A stretch of DNA of 64,000 bases from Octopus vulgaris (lineage: Eukaryota), in NCBI GenBank assembly GCA_951406725.2, contig OX597830.1:39990001-40054000 (forward strand), in the 5' to 3' direction. Under the pieces are notes generated by a model. It did no database searches. It saw only the letters and a list, made by a program, of their open reading frames with translations, and was not told the DNA's origin. The translations under genes were made by a program, and so were the position numbers. Shown here in pieces: positions 39,783-52,783 of this stretch; position 1 is the stretch's first letter, and each line of letters starts with the position of its first letter.

Positions 39783-40230
39783 CGTGTGTCCCTGTTCCTG
39801 TGTGTGGGGTCTAAAAAATGGTTGGTGTAGTTATGTTCAAAGCTATTATTTATCTGTCTCATGTTGTTATAATTGTCAGAGTGAGTTTGTGGTGCTCTGT
39901 TCTGGAGTCTGTTGTTGAACCTAGTGTTACGTCTTAGTTCCTCAGGTGTATTGTGTTGGTAGTTGTTTCCTCCGTAGTGCATTTGTTGTTTGTTATGGTT
40001 GTATGGTTGGTTCCTGGGGTGGATGTTTGGTAGTAGCGTTTTGGTTTGGTTATGTGGGTTGTATTTTATAGTATTGTATGTTGTGGCTCTTAGGTTCGTG
40101 GAATGGTGTGGTGGGACCCTATAAGTGTTTTGGGGTTGGTGTAGGTAGTGTGGGGTGCGTTTTAAATGCATTTTTCTGGTGTAGAGTGTGTTTGGATTTC
40201 TTGGTGGTTGTTCTGCTCTGTTGGTATGTC
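39749..40230 (-). CDS. Upstream low-complexity (N/H/T/P/Q-rich) ORF of the PLE, 5'-truncated
   Basis: Track ORF 39749-40171. The frame stays open up to the element's truncation point and overlaps the RT ORF, which is in the -1 frame. Confidence 0.5.
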
Positions 40231-40236
40231 TATATA

Positions 40237-40446
<210 letters not shown>

Positions 40447-40496
40447 CATACATACATACATACATACATACATACATACATACATACATACATACA

Positions 40497-40529
<33 letters not shown>

Positions 40530-40747
40530 GTACATATATATATACACACATATATGTACATATATATACATATATATATATTGGCGAAAAGACGTTCAGC
40601 TGAATAAAAATTCGTTATATGCAACAGGAGCATTATTAGATTAAAATAGCCGTCAGTGTATCATACTAAATGTTGATGAGTCACGAAATCAAATATATAA
40701 TATAAATAAATAAATGATATATGTATTATATATTATACATTCAAAAT

Positions 40748-40947
40748 GTGACCGCGTGTGTACCGTTGGCGATTTTTTTTCCTCTGTCTTCCCTTCTCTG
40801 GATCTTTCCTTCTCCTATGTTTCCGACGAAAACCTCCGCTCGAAACGTTAAACCCTCCTTCCTTCCTTCTTTCCTGAGCGTCCAATAATACTATATTTGT
40901 TCCACGTCCTTGCGTTGTTGTGTTTTTATGTGCTTTCTTGTTTGGAT

Positions 40948-40952
<5 letters not shown>
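40748..40952 (+). mobile_element. ~205-bp non-coding element with a minimal HHR-like motif, copy 2
   Basis: Colinear with 26901-27110. Motif at 40819-40853. Confidence 0.75.
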
Positions 40953-41020
<68 letters not shown>

Positions 41021-41026
<6 letters not shown>

Positions 41027-42190
41027 CGTCCACCCGTGACCGAGGAAGACCTTTGCCGACCTTCAGGAACATTGTGCGCTCTAGGACTATCTTATATTTT
41101 GCATTTGCGGCTCCGTTGGTGGCTAATGAGCCCTGCTCTTGACAAGCATACACGACTGCAAACATTGCAGACCAAGATTTCCCCATTCACTATACGAGCC
41201 GTGCGCTTTCGCGCAGCTCGCTTAAGTTCTTCATGCTGGATACGTGCTCTCTCAAAAGTGTCGATCCCCTCCTTAACCTGCTTCCTCCATCTGTGGCGAT
41301 GACAGGCATTGTTCTCCCAGTCAGTGTCCTGCATATCAAAGGCCTTTAACGAGGACTTGACACAGTCCTTAAATCGCAGCCTTGGTTTCTGCCGGAGTCT
41401 CTTTCCATTCACAAGTTCTCCATAGAGCATCTGCTTAGGAATCCTTCTATCCTCCATTCTAATAAGGTGTCCAGTCCAACGCAACCGGTGCTTGTGTACC
41501 ATCGCCTCAATACTCAAGATATCAGCTGTCCTCAGGATCTGTGTGTCTGGAATTTTTGAGGTCCAGCCAACATTGAGAATGTGTCTGAGACATCTCTGAT
41601 GAAAACGTTCAAGGACCCTGACCTGACGTTTGTACAGAGTCCATGTCTCGCATGAGTAGAGAAGTGATGTCAGTACACAAGCACGGTACACAGCAACTTT
41701 TGTTCTCCTTGCGATGCCATGTTGAGACCAGACACGAGACTGAAGAGACCGGAAGGAATTAGTTGCTCTCCGCAACCTGAAAGATATTTCCTCATCCAGG
41801 GAGCAAAAACGGCTGAGTGTGCTGCCCAGGTAGACAAACTTGTCTACTACCTTCAGAATCGTTCCTTCAACCAAGATAGCTGGTTCTATATATGGATTTC
41901 CTGGTGCAGGCTGGAACATTACAACAGTCTTGTCCAGGCTAATGCTGAGTCCAAATGCCCTGCAAGAAGCAGAAATGCAATTCATGAGTATTTGCATGTC
42001 ATCCACTGTATTAGTGACTAAGTCACAGTCATCTGCATAAAGGAGGTCACGAATAATAGACTGGGAAACCTTTGAATTGGCAGCAAATCAGCGAAGATTA
42101 AAGAGGCGGCCAGAAGATCGATATCTGACATATATTCCCAGAGAGCTAACCTTAACAAAAGCATGAGTAAAAGTAGCAGCAAAGTACAAA
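41021..42190 (-). mobile_element. 5'-truncated RTE-clade (BovB-like) LINE
   Basis: [16 protein letters not shown]...LLYADD, FGLSISLDKT, FVYLGS, LLYSCETW, RLRWTGH, C-terminal CxxC..H zinc finger. Short 3' UTR ending in (TA)n. Confidence 0.93.
41092..42190 (-). pseudogene. RTE reverse transcriptase C-terminal part (304-aa track ORF plus upstream piece with one stop)
   Basis: Track ORFs 41092-42006 and 42088-42339 are in one frame, separated by a single TGA. Confidence 0.88.
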
Positions 42191-42199
42191 CACACACAT

Positions 42200-42283
<84 letters not shown>

Positions 42284-44706
42284 GCATATATACACACACA
42301 CATGCACATGCCTACATATATATGTATATATACATGCATATGTGGTTACAGGACGTCAAAAAAACGTGAGCAAAATGAGAAACGAGAACATAAAAAGCAA
42401 AAGCATGGAAAACGAACATTTTTTCGAACAACGAAAGAAACATATAGAGAAACAAGACAGGCGACATAAAGAACAATTCCTTTATCAGTTGTCCCTTGTT
42501 TTATATACTTAGCATGAGACTCAAAGTTGCTGAATATAGAAAACACGCAGTAGTGCTTAAATGATTTGAACTTACATTCCAAAACCTTTATCGAGGACCA
42601 AGTCAACAAGGTAAAGAGTAATTATAAAAGGAATCCGGGTGAGCTGATATGGAAATAAAGGTGAAAATAAACATATACACTTTATAGGCCACAAAAGCAA
42701 TAACAGCCATTTATGTACTTTATAAACACATTGCAAAAAGTAAGCTTATTGCGGTAATCAAGCCAAATGGACGTGCTGTGTTTAACAGCACAATATATAT
42801 CAGAAGTAAACGAAGATAGTCCTAGTTAGCCTCTAGTGAGAATGCTAGTTGCACTTCTGCTTCGTGGGGCATTGCCAGTAGCATGTGTTCATAGCTAACC
42901 GTATACTAAGACGAAATATAACGAGATTGGTAAACGGAAACAGTGAATGAACAATTACTGGATTGGCGAAAAGACGTTCGGCTGAATAAAAGTTCGTTAT
43001 ATGCAACAGGAGCATTGTTAGATTAAAATAGCCGTCTGAGTATTATACTAAATGTTAATGAATCGCGAAATCAAATTTGTGGGCGTGTGGCTATGTTAAA
43101 AACTATTTTATTGATCTCCATATTAGTGTTGATTGAAATGATTTTTGTGAATAAGTTGTATATGGCACTTAGAAGGCTTATGAGACAATAGTTTGTTTAG
43201 GTATTTTCTTTCTTTTTCGTGAAATGAAATGAACTATGAACTGTTTCAGACTACAAGGACTTTTCGCTACTTTTGGTTTACAGCCAATGCACTATCACTT
43301 ATATGTTTTTATGTTATACAAATATGAAGCCTGGCGAAAGTATTGTTAAACAAAGACCAGCTCGATATGCTCAGTGACGGATTATTCTTGGGATAGCATA
43401 GAAGGGACACGGTAAAATAAAGAAATAAATAGGAGAACGAGTTGAATGGCAGTATGAAATTTTACAAACTCGTTGAAATGGAGCTAAACTTGACACTCCA
43501 GAAGATGTGGATAACAACGATCAAGGTGGCTTAGCCAAATTCCAAATAATCTGAAACTAGAAATTAAAAACCGAAAAATTATCGAGGAATAAAATGAATT
43601 CAATGGTATTTTAACGATTTTGAAGGGTAAAAGACAAAACTGATTTCGATGAAATTTGATTATAAATGAAACAGCGTTCATTTGCAAAATTAACGAGATT
43701 ATAATTAGCACATTACAATCTGTTATTCAGGTAATAGCTCTACATATAAATGATGTATAAATTAAAGTTTATATAAAATTCGCGGGTAAGGTCAGAACAA
43801 TGCGAAATAATCCAAGGTAAATCGGATTTATTTTGTATTGTTCCGCCCTTACCCATAAATTTTATATAATATATACTACACTAACTATTCCTTTATAAAT
43901 TAAAGCTTTTTATTTTGGCTTCAAATTCTGTTTTTTTTATTTCTTTAGTTTGTTAAAGTCAACGCGTCCAAAACGATGGAGGAGCATCGCCTTATGCATT
44001 TCTAATAAATTCTTTGTTCATGCAATTTTTTTTTTTTCACGTCATCTTTAGACATAACATTCATTTCTGTTGGATGAGTGATACAATGAGAGTGTGTCTA
44101 CACTAGAAGTAGCAGCCAAATCTCTTCAAATCACACAACCATCTTGAAAAAGGAGAAAATATTGAACAAGAATGTGCTCCTAGATGTCAAAAAGACAAAA
44201 ACGGATTGGTCACGGCTAGAACATTTTTACTTATACATCTTCACGATCAGAACTGATTTGGAGATAATCAACCGTAATAAAAACAACAGCAGCAAATTGT
44301 ATCCCCAGAGTTTTCATGGGTGTTCTAAATAAGTGGTTATAAGGTTTAATATAAGCGATAAGGATTATCATTTGTGCTAATCCTCTTATATGTGGAGGTC
44401 TTTGTTCGTCACCCAATTTAACATTACTTCCTGACCCTTAGGTGCATTTATTTGGGGTTTGTTGGTTTTTTGTTTTTGTTTTTATTTTGTCACGTGTTCG
44501 GTCTGAGTATAAATCGATTGTTACCATTGCAAACTATGAACTATTTCCTTTCTCTCCTTCCACCATTAGTCTTCAAAACCCTGAAAAGTGTGACAGGCGC
44601 TTATCTTTCCTAGTGTGAGTAATCTATGTGCGTGTGTGTGTGTGTGTGTGTGTATGTGTGTGCGCGTGCGTGTGTATATTTGCGCTACGTATATACATAC
44701 ATACAC

Positions 44707-44755
<49 letters not shown>

Positions 44756-45541
44756 TAAAAACGGTAAGATAACAAAAGAAAGAGACCTCAATATTAAGTA
44801 AATAGAGGAAATTTATCTGTAAAATAATATGTGACAATTATTCGGTAGGGTATCGTGAAAGGGCTGATTGGAGGCCCAACTTTCCGAGTTCTTTTACGGG
44901 ACTACAAAAAGTGTGTGAATCTGAGAGAAGAACATGTTAAATAAAATAATCATTAACTGATCCTCCTGTACTTTTTTCTTTTACCCAAAGCCAGGAACTT
45001 TTCAGCACCCCTGGTGTGGGGGCGGGGGATGATGGGAATGAAGGAGATTGAGACAAATATTGGACAAGCGTGTCAAAAGTTTGTTTCATTCTTTACAGTC
45101 TTCCAAAAGTAAAGATGATTTCAAAGAAACGTTCCAACATCGGAATTTAAACAATAACAGTTGTGTTTCACTGTCACACCCTACACAAATAAGGTTTTGT
45201 ATATTTTTATTGAGCCGATTATATATAAAATGGAACTTGTTTTGCTCATACTTGCAAACCTCAAATGAAATTCCAAGGGTTCTGTCAAGTGTTATTTTGG
45301 CAACATAAACAGATTTTCATTCAATTCTTAAGAGACAGATATGTGGAACAATAAGATATGGTATAGAACGCGTAGATTCTTTAGAAATAATTCACGAAGG
45401 TGTTTGTCTATATCTCCAGCTAACTATCTAGCTACCTAACTATGTTAATCTACCTACCTGTCTGTCCGTGGATATACATGCGTACATATACAATTATACT
45501 CGCACGCGCATGTGTGTATACATGAATACCTATGTATAGAA

Positions 45542-45608
<67 letters not shown>

Positions 45609-45698
45609 AATGAATAGAAACGCGGTACTCCAGCATGGACGCAGTCAAATGACTGAAACAAATAAAACTATATATATATATATATAAACAAATAAAAG

Positions 45699-45755
<57 letters not shown>

Positions 45756-46351
45756 GTGTGTGTATGCATGAATGTCGAAATATAGAAAATATAGAAATAT
45801 AGAAAAATAGATAGATAGATAGATAGATACATACATACATACATTGATAAGTTCATGTATATATATGTACGTATGTACGAATGTGCCTATGTATATCTCT
45901 TGATGAATCATCAACTTCTGTGTTGTGTGTGTATGTGTGGCTATGTATGTGTGTGTGTGTCTATGTGTGTGTGCGTGTGCGTGTGTGTATGTAATTATGA
46001 CTGTGTATACGTAGCTAAGCGAAACCCCTTATGTATGTTTACATAAGTATATCCAACCCCAAATAACCAAACAATCCCAAATTGGTGAATGGAATGTTTC
46101 ATTTGGGGGCCCAGTGAGGGAGATGGGGGAGACAGAGGACGAACGGAGAGAAACAGAGATTGGAGACGGCCGGTGTGTATATGAACATGTTTGTGTACGT
46201 GTGGGCCCAAGAGTGTATTTAGGGAGTTGCGGGTGTGTGTGTGCGTGTGTGTATGTATGTATGTATGTATGTATATACATGCATATATATATATATATAT
46301 ATAATATATAAAATATGTATGTATATATATATATATGTATATATATGTATA

Positions 46352-46388
<37 letters not shown>

Positions 46389-46399
46389 ACATATATACA

Positions 46400-46469
<70 letters not shown>

Positions 46470-46547
46470 AACGAATGATTGAAATATACACTTATAATCA
46501 TATACATACATATTTATATACACACATATTCTTATATGTATATACAC

Positions 46548-46608
<61 letters not shown>

Positions 46609-47149
46609 CATACGTGAATATATATATATAGATATATATATATAGACATAAACCCTATATGTCGAAACTGGGAGCACAAATGAACGTGTCAGGTGTCTTA
46701 AATTTGTTTCTTGTATTTTTCTTTAATTTTGTGAATTTTTTTGTAGGTACTTTGTTGATTTTATGTTTTTCGATTTTTTGGGGGTTTTTTTTTAATGGAA
46801 ATAAGAAATGGTGTCAAATGTGTGGTAGGGAAGATTAGGGGACAAAAATGAGGTCAGTTAGGGAATTCTGATAATTAGGGCAAACATGTGAGCTTGTGTG
46901 TATGGTGTGTGTGCGTGTGTATGTGTGTGTGTGTGTATTTGTGTTTACGTTGGGTGTTGAAAGAGTGTAAGAAAGGTACTTAGAAAGTAGAAAGGAGAGC
47001 GAGAGAGAAACTGAAAGAAAGAGAGAGAGGAGCAGGGAAGGAGCGAAAAGGGGTTGGGAAAAGTTCACGTGAAATAAAAGTACTTGTATTAGTGGTGTAC
47101 TACTAAATTGGTACTTGACACTTTAAGGTTGGTCTATATATTCGGTCAA

Positions 47150-48228
47150 TGTGGTAGCTGCTGTAGTGGTGGTGGTGGTGGCGGTGGTGGTGGTTGTGGT
47201 GGTGGTGGTGGTGGTGGTGGTGGTGGTGGTGGTGGTGGTGGTGGTGGTGGTGGTGGTGGTGGCGGTGGTGGTGGTGGTGGTGGTGGTTGTGGCGGCAGCG
47301 GTGGTGGTGGTGGCGGTGGTGGTGATGATGATAATGATGGTGGTGATTGTGGTGGTGGTGATGGTGATGGTGATGGTGGTGGTGATGTTGGTGGTGAGGG
47401 TGGTGCTGATAGCACGGGTGGTACGGATGGTGCGGGTGGTACGGGGAAGAGGGTGATGGCAAAGGTGACGACGTTGCTGTTGAGGACGCAAAGGTGGTGG
47501 TGGTGGTGGTGGTGGTGGTGGTGGTGATGGTGGTGGTGGTGGTGGTGGTGGTGGTGGTGGTGGTGGTGGTACGGGTGGTACGGGTGGTACGGACGGTGCG
47601 GGTGTTACGGGGAGAAGGGTGACGGCAAAGTTGAAGACGTTGGTGTTGAGGACGGCAAAGGTGGTGTTGGTGGTGGTGGTGATGAAGGTGTTGGTGGTGG
47701 TGGTGGTGGTGGTGCGGGTGGTACGAGTGGTACGGACGGTGCGGGTGGTGCGGGCTGGGGGTGATGGCTATGGTGACGACGTTGGTGTTGATGGCGGCAA
47801 TGGTGGTGGTGGTGGTGGTGGTGGTGGTGAAGGTGGTGAAGGTGGTGAAGGTTTCAGGTGATGATGGAGGGGCAGTAGGGTCTCAGTGGTATTAGTCGTG
47901 TCTTTGGAAGTGAAGTTAATGTGGTTGTTGGTGGTGGTGGTGGTGGTAGTAGTGGTGGTGGTAGTAGTGGTGGTGGTGGTGGTGGTGGTGGTAGTAGTGG
48001 TGGTGGTGGTGGTGGTATAAAAGCAGGAATTGTTGGTGGCCCCGTGGTGATGGTGGAGAGGGTTATAGTGATAGATGCCGTGGTACCCCAGGGACATAGG
48101 TGGTAGTCACCGCCGTTGTCGTCGTCGTCGAAGTCATCGTGGGGTCGTAGTCTGGGTGGTCAAGGGGATTGGAGGAATGTAATGGGGAGATGGGGCTGGA
48201 GGTAATTGTGGTAGTGGTGTTGATCTCG

Positions 48229-48277
<49 letters not shown>

Positions 48278-48547
48278 GGGTGGTGGTGGTGGTGGTGGTG
48301 GTGGGTGGTGGTGGTGGTGGTGGTGGTGGTGGTGGTGGTGGTCGTCGTCGTCGTCGTCATCGTCGGTGTTGGCTGAAGGAAGTGTTGAAGGTTTGAAAGT
48401 TGTCATGGGTGTGGCTTAAGATGTTGGTAAATGGTACCGTTAATGGTGGTAGCAGTGGTGGTGCGGGTGGCGGTTGGTGCAGGGGCGGATGGTGCGAGTG
48501 GCGATGGTAGTGGTGTTGGTGAGGTGGAGGAAACAAAAGAGAGTAAC

Positions 48548-48614
<67 letters not shown>

Positions 48615-48720
48615 AGGTGGCAAAGATGAGGATGAGAGTCAGAACGATGATGGTAATGATGGTGGGGAAGTGGCGTTGGTACCCGTGATATTGGCGTTAC
48701 TGTAACTGTTGTTGTTGCAT
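47150..48720. repeat. (GGT)n/(GTT)n/(AGT)n low-complexity block with a triplicated ~90-bp unit
   Basis: CGGGTGGTACGGA.GGTGCGGGTG..ACG...GGTGA.GGC...G.TGA.GACGTTG at ~47413, ~47581, ~47724. Confidence 0.8.
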
Positions 48721-49498
48721 AACCACAAGCCAAGCCTATGTTTCAAAGGCAGTCCATCCCTGACCATCCTAACAGTATTTTTAGTGCAATGAACTGAGAA
48801 CAACGTTATCCGGTATGTGCTTTCCTGAGATTGCGGGCTGCTATTTTAGGTAGAGTAAGCTGCAATTTCTAGCAGTTCAAGTAACCACATAGAAGGTTCC
48901 CTCGTTGGTAGGAGTTTATTACGGTAGCAGTAGAATAGTATGGGTACTGACAGACGTGGTGCCCATTCTAAGGTGTAGTGTTTAAGACAGAGGCGGGGCT
49001 TGTAAGGGCGAAGAACAATGAATTATTGCGGGAGATGCTGATTGCCGTTTATGACAGGGCGGTGCCTTGGGGAGGCGGATATCGGCCGAGGAATCTACAC
49101 TGGTGGTATCTGGCTGAGTAGGGTGTAATTCCTGGTAGTGGTACTGGATGTGATGGCGTTTGGTTTAGGGTTAGTGAATTCATGATAATAATAATTGGTG
49201 AGGGCGATGTTGTTATGGAAGAGTGGCCAAGTAATGGCCGTGTGAATGATTGTATGTGTTTGGTGGATGTCTATATGTTGAGTATTTATACTGTATGTTT
49301 GAGGTTTTTTGTCGGAAATGAAAATTACTTGGCACTGGGAAGGTTTGAACCCTCCACCTTTCATACACTGACAATAAAGCTGACTCTGCAATTGTAGTTT
49401 TCTTTTTCTAAGAAATAGAAATTACTTTTTTATTACTTTTTTATTATTTTTCTATATTCGCACGTATGTGTGTTCATATACAATGGATATGTGTATAA

Positions 49499-49607
<109 letters not shown>

Positions 49608-49693
49608 CATACATATCTGTCTATCTATCTATATATGTGTGTGTGTGTATTTACATATACGTATATATATACTTTACAATTATATATTATAAT

Positions 49694-49770
<77 letters not shown>

Positions 49771-50280
49771 TTATGTATATGTATATACACACACACACAT
49801 AAAGTCAAACAAAATAATATTTAATTAGTGATCTGTATTTAAGCTTAACATGCAATATATTTTATGAATATATAGATATACATGCATGTATACAGTCATA
49901 CATATGTGCACACACGCATGACACACATGCACCATGCATATGCACCATGCGCATGCATACACACATACTTTCTCCTTTGTTATATGGAGTTTCTTTGAAC
50001 GAGTTTCCAAAGATACGAGTCAAATGAATTTTTATACCATTCATCTATTAATGAACAAAAACTTCGAAGTTACGACTAGCTTACTGAATTAAAAACCGTT
50101 AAATTAATTAATTAATCGTAAGTAACACATATTGCTTATACAGAAAAGTTATTTATAAGTAATTTAATTCATAATCTGTGTAACTGTGTTATCAATTTTC
50201 GAATTATAATTGAGTAAAACACGTGTTTATTGTGTGGATGAGAAGCGTTTGATATTTGTTATGTCAGTGTATTTCGAGTT

Positions 50281-50530
50281 GAGGCGCGTGGCTTAGTGGT
50301 TAGGGTGTCAGCATCATGATCGTAAGATTGTGGTTTCGATTCCTGGACCGGGCGACGCGTTGTGTTCCCGAGCAAAACACTTTATTTCGCGTTGCTCTAG
50401 TCCACTCAGCTGGCAAAAATGAGTAACGCTGCGATTGACTGGCGTCCCGTCCAGCTCGGGAACACATACGCCATAGAAACCGGGAAACGGGGCCCATGAG
50501 CCTGGTTAGGCTTTAAAGGGACTCATTTAT
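50281..50530 (+). mobile_element. tRNA-derived SINE family C (CORE-like)
   Basis: A-box TGGCTTAGTGG, B-box GGTTTCGATTCC. The 3' part GAGTAACGCTGC..GACTGGCGTCCCGTCCAGC..CCCATGAGCCTGG is shared with 62055-62372. Confidence 0.85.
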
Positions 50531-50681
50531 TATTTTTTAGTGTATTTCATACGTCCGCAGATATCTACATTAATTTGGATTTTTCCAGTATTCTGCATTG
50601 AAACTGGGTGATGAACGGAGTGAAATGTAGAACGTATTGGTGGACCAAGCAAGAAAGCTAAGAAAGTAATCAATTATCTTA

Positions 50682-50921
50682 AAAACTAAGTTAGAAGCTT
50701 CATAGTTACAGCTTGGAAGACACCAGCCAATCAAAACCACCCGATGACTATTAACTTCACTTAAATATTTATTATTTATGATTTAGTGTCAAAATTTTCG
50801 TCGTGCCAGTCGTTAAATAAGAAAGAATAAATGTTTAAGTGAAGTTAATGGTCTTTTCGTGTTTTAGAATGACTAATACGTGTCTTTCATGCTGTAACTG
50901 AAATATTTTCAATTTAGTTTC
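50682..50921. repeat. Old diverged foldback with an HHR 3'-half relic in the spacer
   Basis: GTTACAGCTTGGAAGACAC and ATTAACTTCACTTAAA recur inverted. Minus-strand spacer has GAC-GAAA-ATTTT. Confidence 0.6.
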
Positions 50922-51134
50922 AACATACGGTATCAGATCAAATCACTTGCCAGAAAAATACGTCTCCAAAATTGTTACTATTTGTCTTCCTGTGCTGTGT
51001 CCACTATTTAACAAAGGAGAAGCAAAATTATGCAGGGCGCAAAGTGTTTAATCTTTTTAAAGTGCTGAAATTATAATACAGTATCGATCAAGTGTGATGC
51101 AAGACACAACTTTTTCAAACATTGTGTTTTGACG

Positions 51135-51208
<74 letters not shown>

Positions 51209-51229
51209 CGACTTTTCAACGACAAATGA

Positions 51230-52250
51230 CTTACTCTATTTAAAGACTTAAACGAAAACTGGAAAATAATGCTGGGTCTAGTAATGCTAATGAATCTATC
51301 CCAGAACCTGCCACCTGTAGAGGGGACGTCTCGACAGAATCAAGAGGCCGTACAAATGTGCACCTCATAAGGAATAAGGGTGAAGTAGCGAGGGTAGATA
51401 AACAGGTGATAATAGAGCACCTTCCTGTTCTGATGGAAATTATACCCAAAAGTGGATATACTGCCATGGAAGTTTTCCATGAGAACGAAGCCGCCTTTTA
51501 TCTGAAGACAATACCGAATGTGACCACTATTACTAGAGAGGTGAATTCGTCCCCACGACATAAAGACAATAAAGACCGGATTTCCTTACTTTTCGGTGGA
51601 ACTGCTGCAGACGATCTTAAAGCTGAAACCATTCTTGATTAGACAATCGTAAAATCCTATAACACTTAATAGATTTCTGAATACAAATCTCTCAGTTATT
51701 TGACGATCCAGCAAGAAAACATGGACAATTCGGATTATTTTCCATGACTGGTTCTACATTTATTTTTACCCCATGGAGGGAAGATATCATGACAAGCGTA
51801 AAATCTCCCCGAGAACATTGTTATTAATTGATAATGTATCTAGGCATCTCGTCAACTTGTTTGATCTCATTGACTATGTTAAAGTGGAGTTTCTATCCCA
51901 GATATAACAATATACGATTCATGGACCATAAAGTAGACATCAGGGATTCACTGTTTCTGAGTCATAAATAATAAATACTCAGACGTGAATTGTGTGGCGG
52001 AAAGTTTGACTAGAAAGTATGATCGCGTTGACGTGGAGTTCTCCACAAGACAACTAAACGTGCACGAATTTATGAACTTCGCCTATCAAATGGGTTAGGA
52101 AGAGATCAATGAGGACGATGTCACCGAAGTGTTTGGTCCGCATTCTAAAAAAAGAATAACCAATGATATTTAATGATTACAGCTAAAGATGTAGATGATT
52201 ATGGGAAAGAAACCATTTCCACAGCTTAAACTAACAAAACAAAAATACTT
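51230..52250 (+). pseudogene. Degraded Tigger/pogo transposase
   Basis: GEVARVD, GYTAMEVFHENE, RHKDNKDRISLLFGG, LLLIDNVSRH are relics of TIGD-type motifs. Confidence 0.75.
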
Positions 52251-52324
52251 TTGACTATGAAATGCAAATCCTTTTTTATCACAATGATCTAAAGTGAGGT
52301 TTTAATATTAATCTTGGATGCAAT

Positions 52325-52783
52325 ACGAGTTTCAAATTTGGCACGAAGTCAGCAAGTTCGGGGGAAGGGATAAGGCGATTACATCGACCCCTAGGCGGCG
52401 AGCTGGCAGAGACGTTAGCACGCCGGGCGAAATGCGTAGCCGTATTTCGTCTGCCGCTACGTTGTGAGTTCAAATTCCGCCGAGGTCGACTTTACCTTTC
52501 ATCCTTTCAGGGTCGATTAACTAAGTACCAGTTACGCACCGGGGTCGATATAATCGACTTAATCCGTTTGTTTGTCCTCTCTGTGTTTAGCCCCTTGTGG
52601 GTAGTAAAGAAATAGATTACATCGACCCCAGTAAACAACTGGTACTTATTTTATCGATCCCGGAAGGGATGAAAGGCAAAGGCGATCTCGGCGGAATTCG
52701 AACTCGGAACGTAATGACGGATACGGATAAATGTTGCAATGCATTTTCCCCAGCGCGCAAACGATTCTGCCAGCTCGCCGCTT
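52325..52783. mobile_element. SINE B (+, 52394-52614) nested in an older SINE B (-)
   Basis: 15-bp TSD GATTACATCGACCCC at 52377-52391 and 52615-52629. Confidence 0.88.

Larger units (their letters stand above)
36501..40230 (-). mobile_element. Penelope-like retroelement (probably Neptune clade), 5'-truncated
   Basis: RT+GIY-YIG ORF, upstream ORF, ~1-kb 3' region with promoter motifs. Both ends abut TA runs. Confidence 0.93.

Noticed and set aside
47103-47462. His-rich ORF as a cephalopod beak histidine-rich protein
   Set aside because: Pure (CAC)n translation with no signal peptide or characteristic Gly/Ala/His repeat motifs.
50281-50355. tRNA gene (also 62055 and SINE A/B heads)
   Set aside because: tRNA-like heads continue into SINE bodies and no complete cloverleaf is present.
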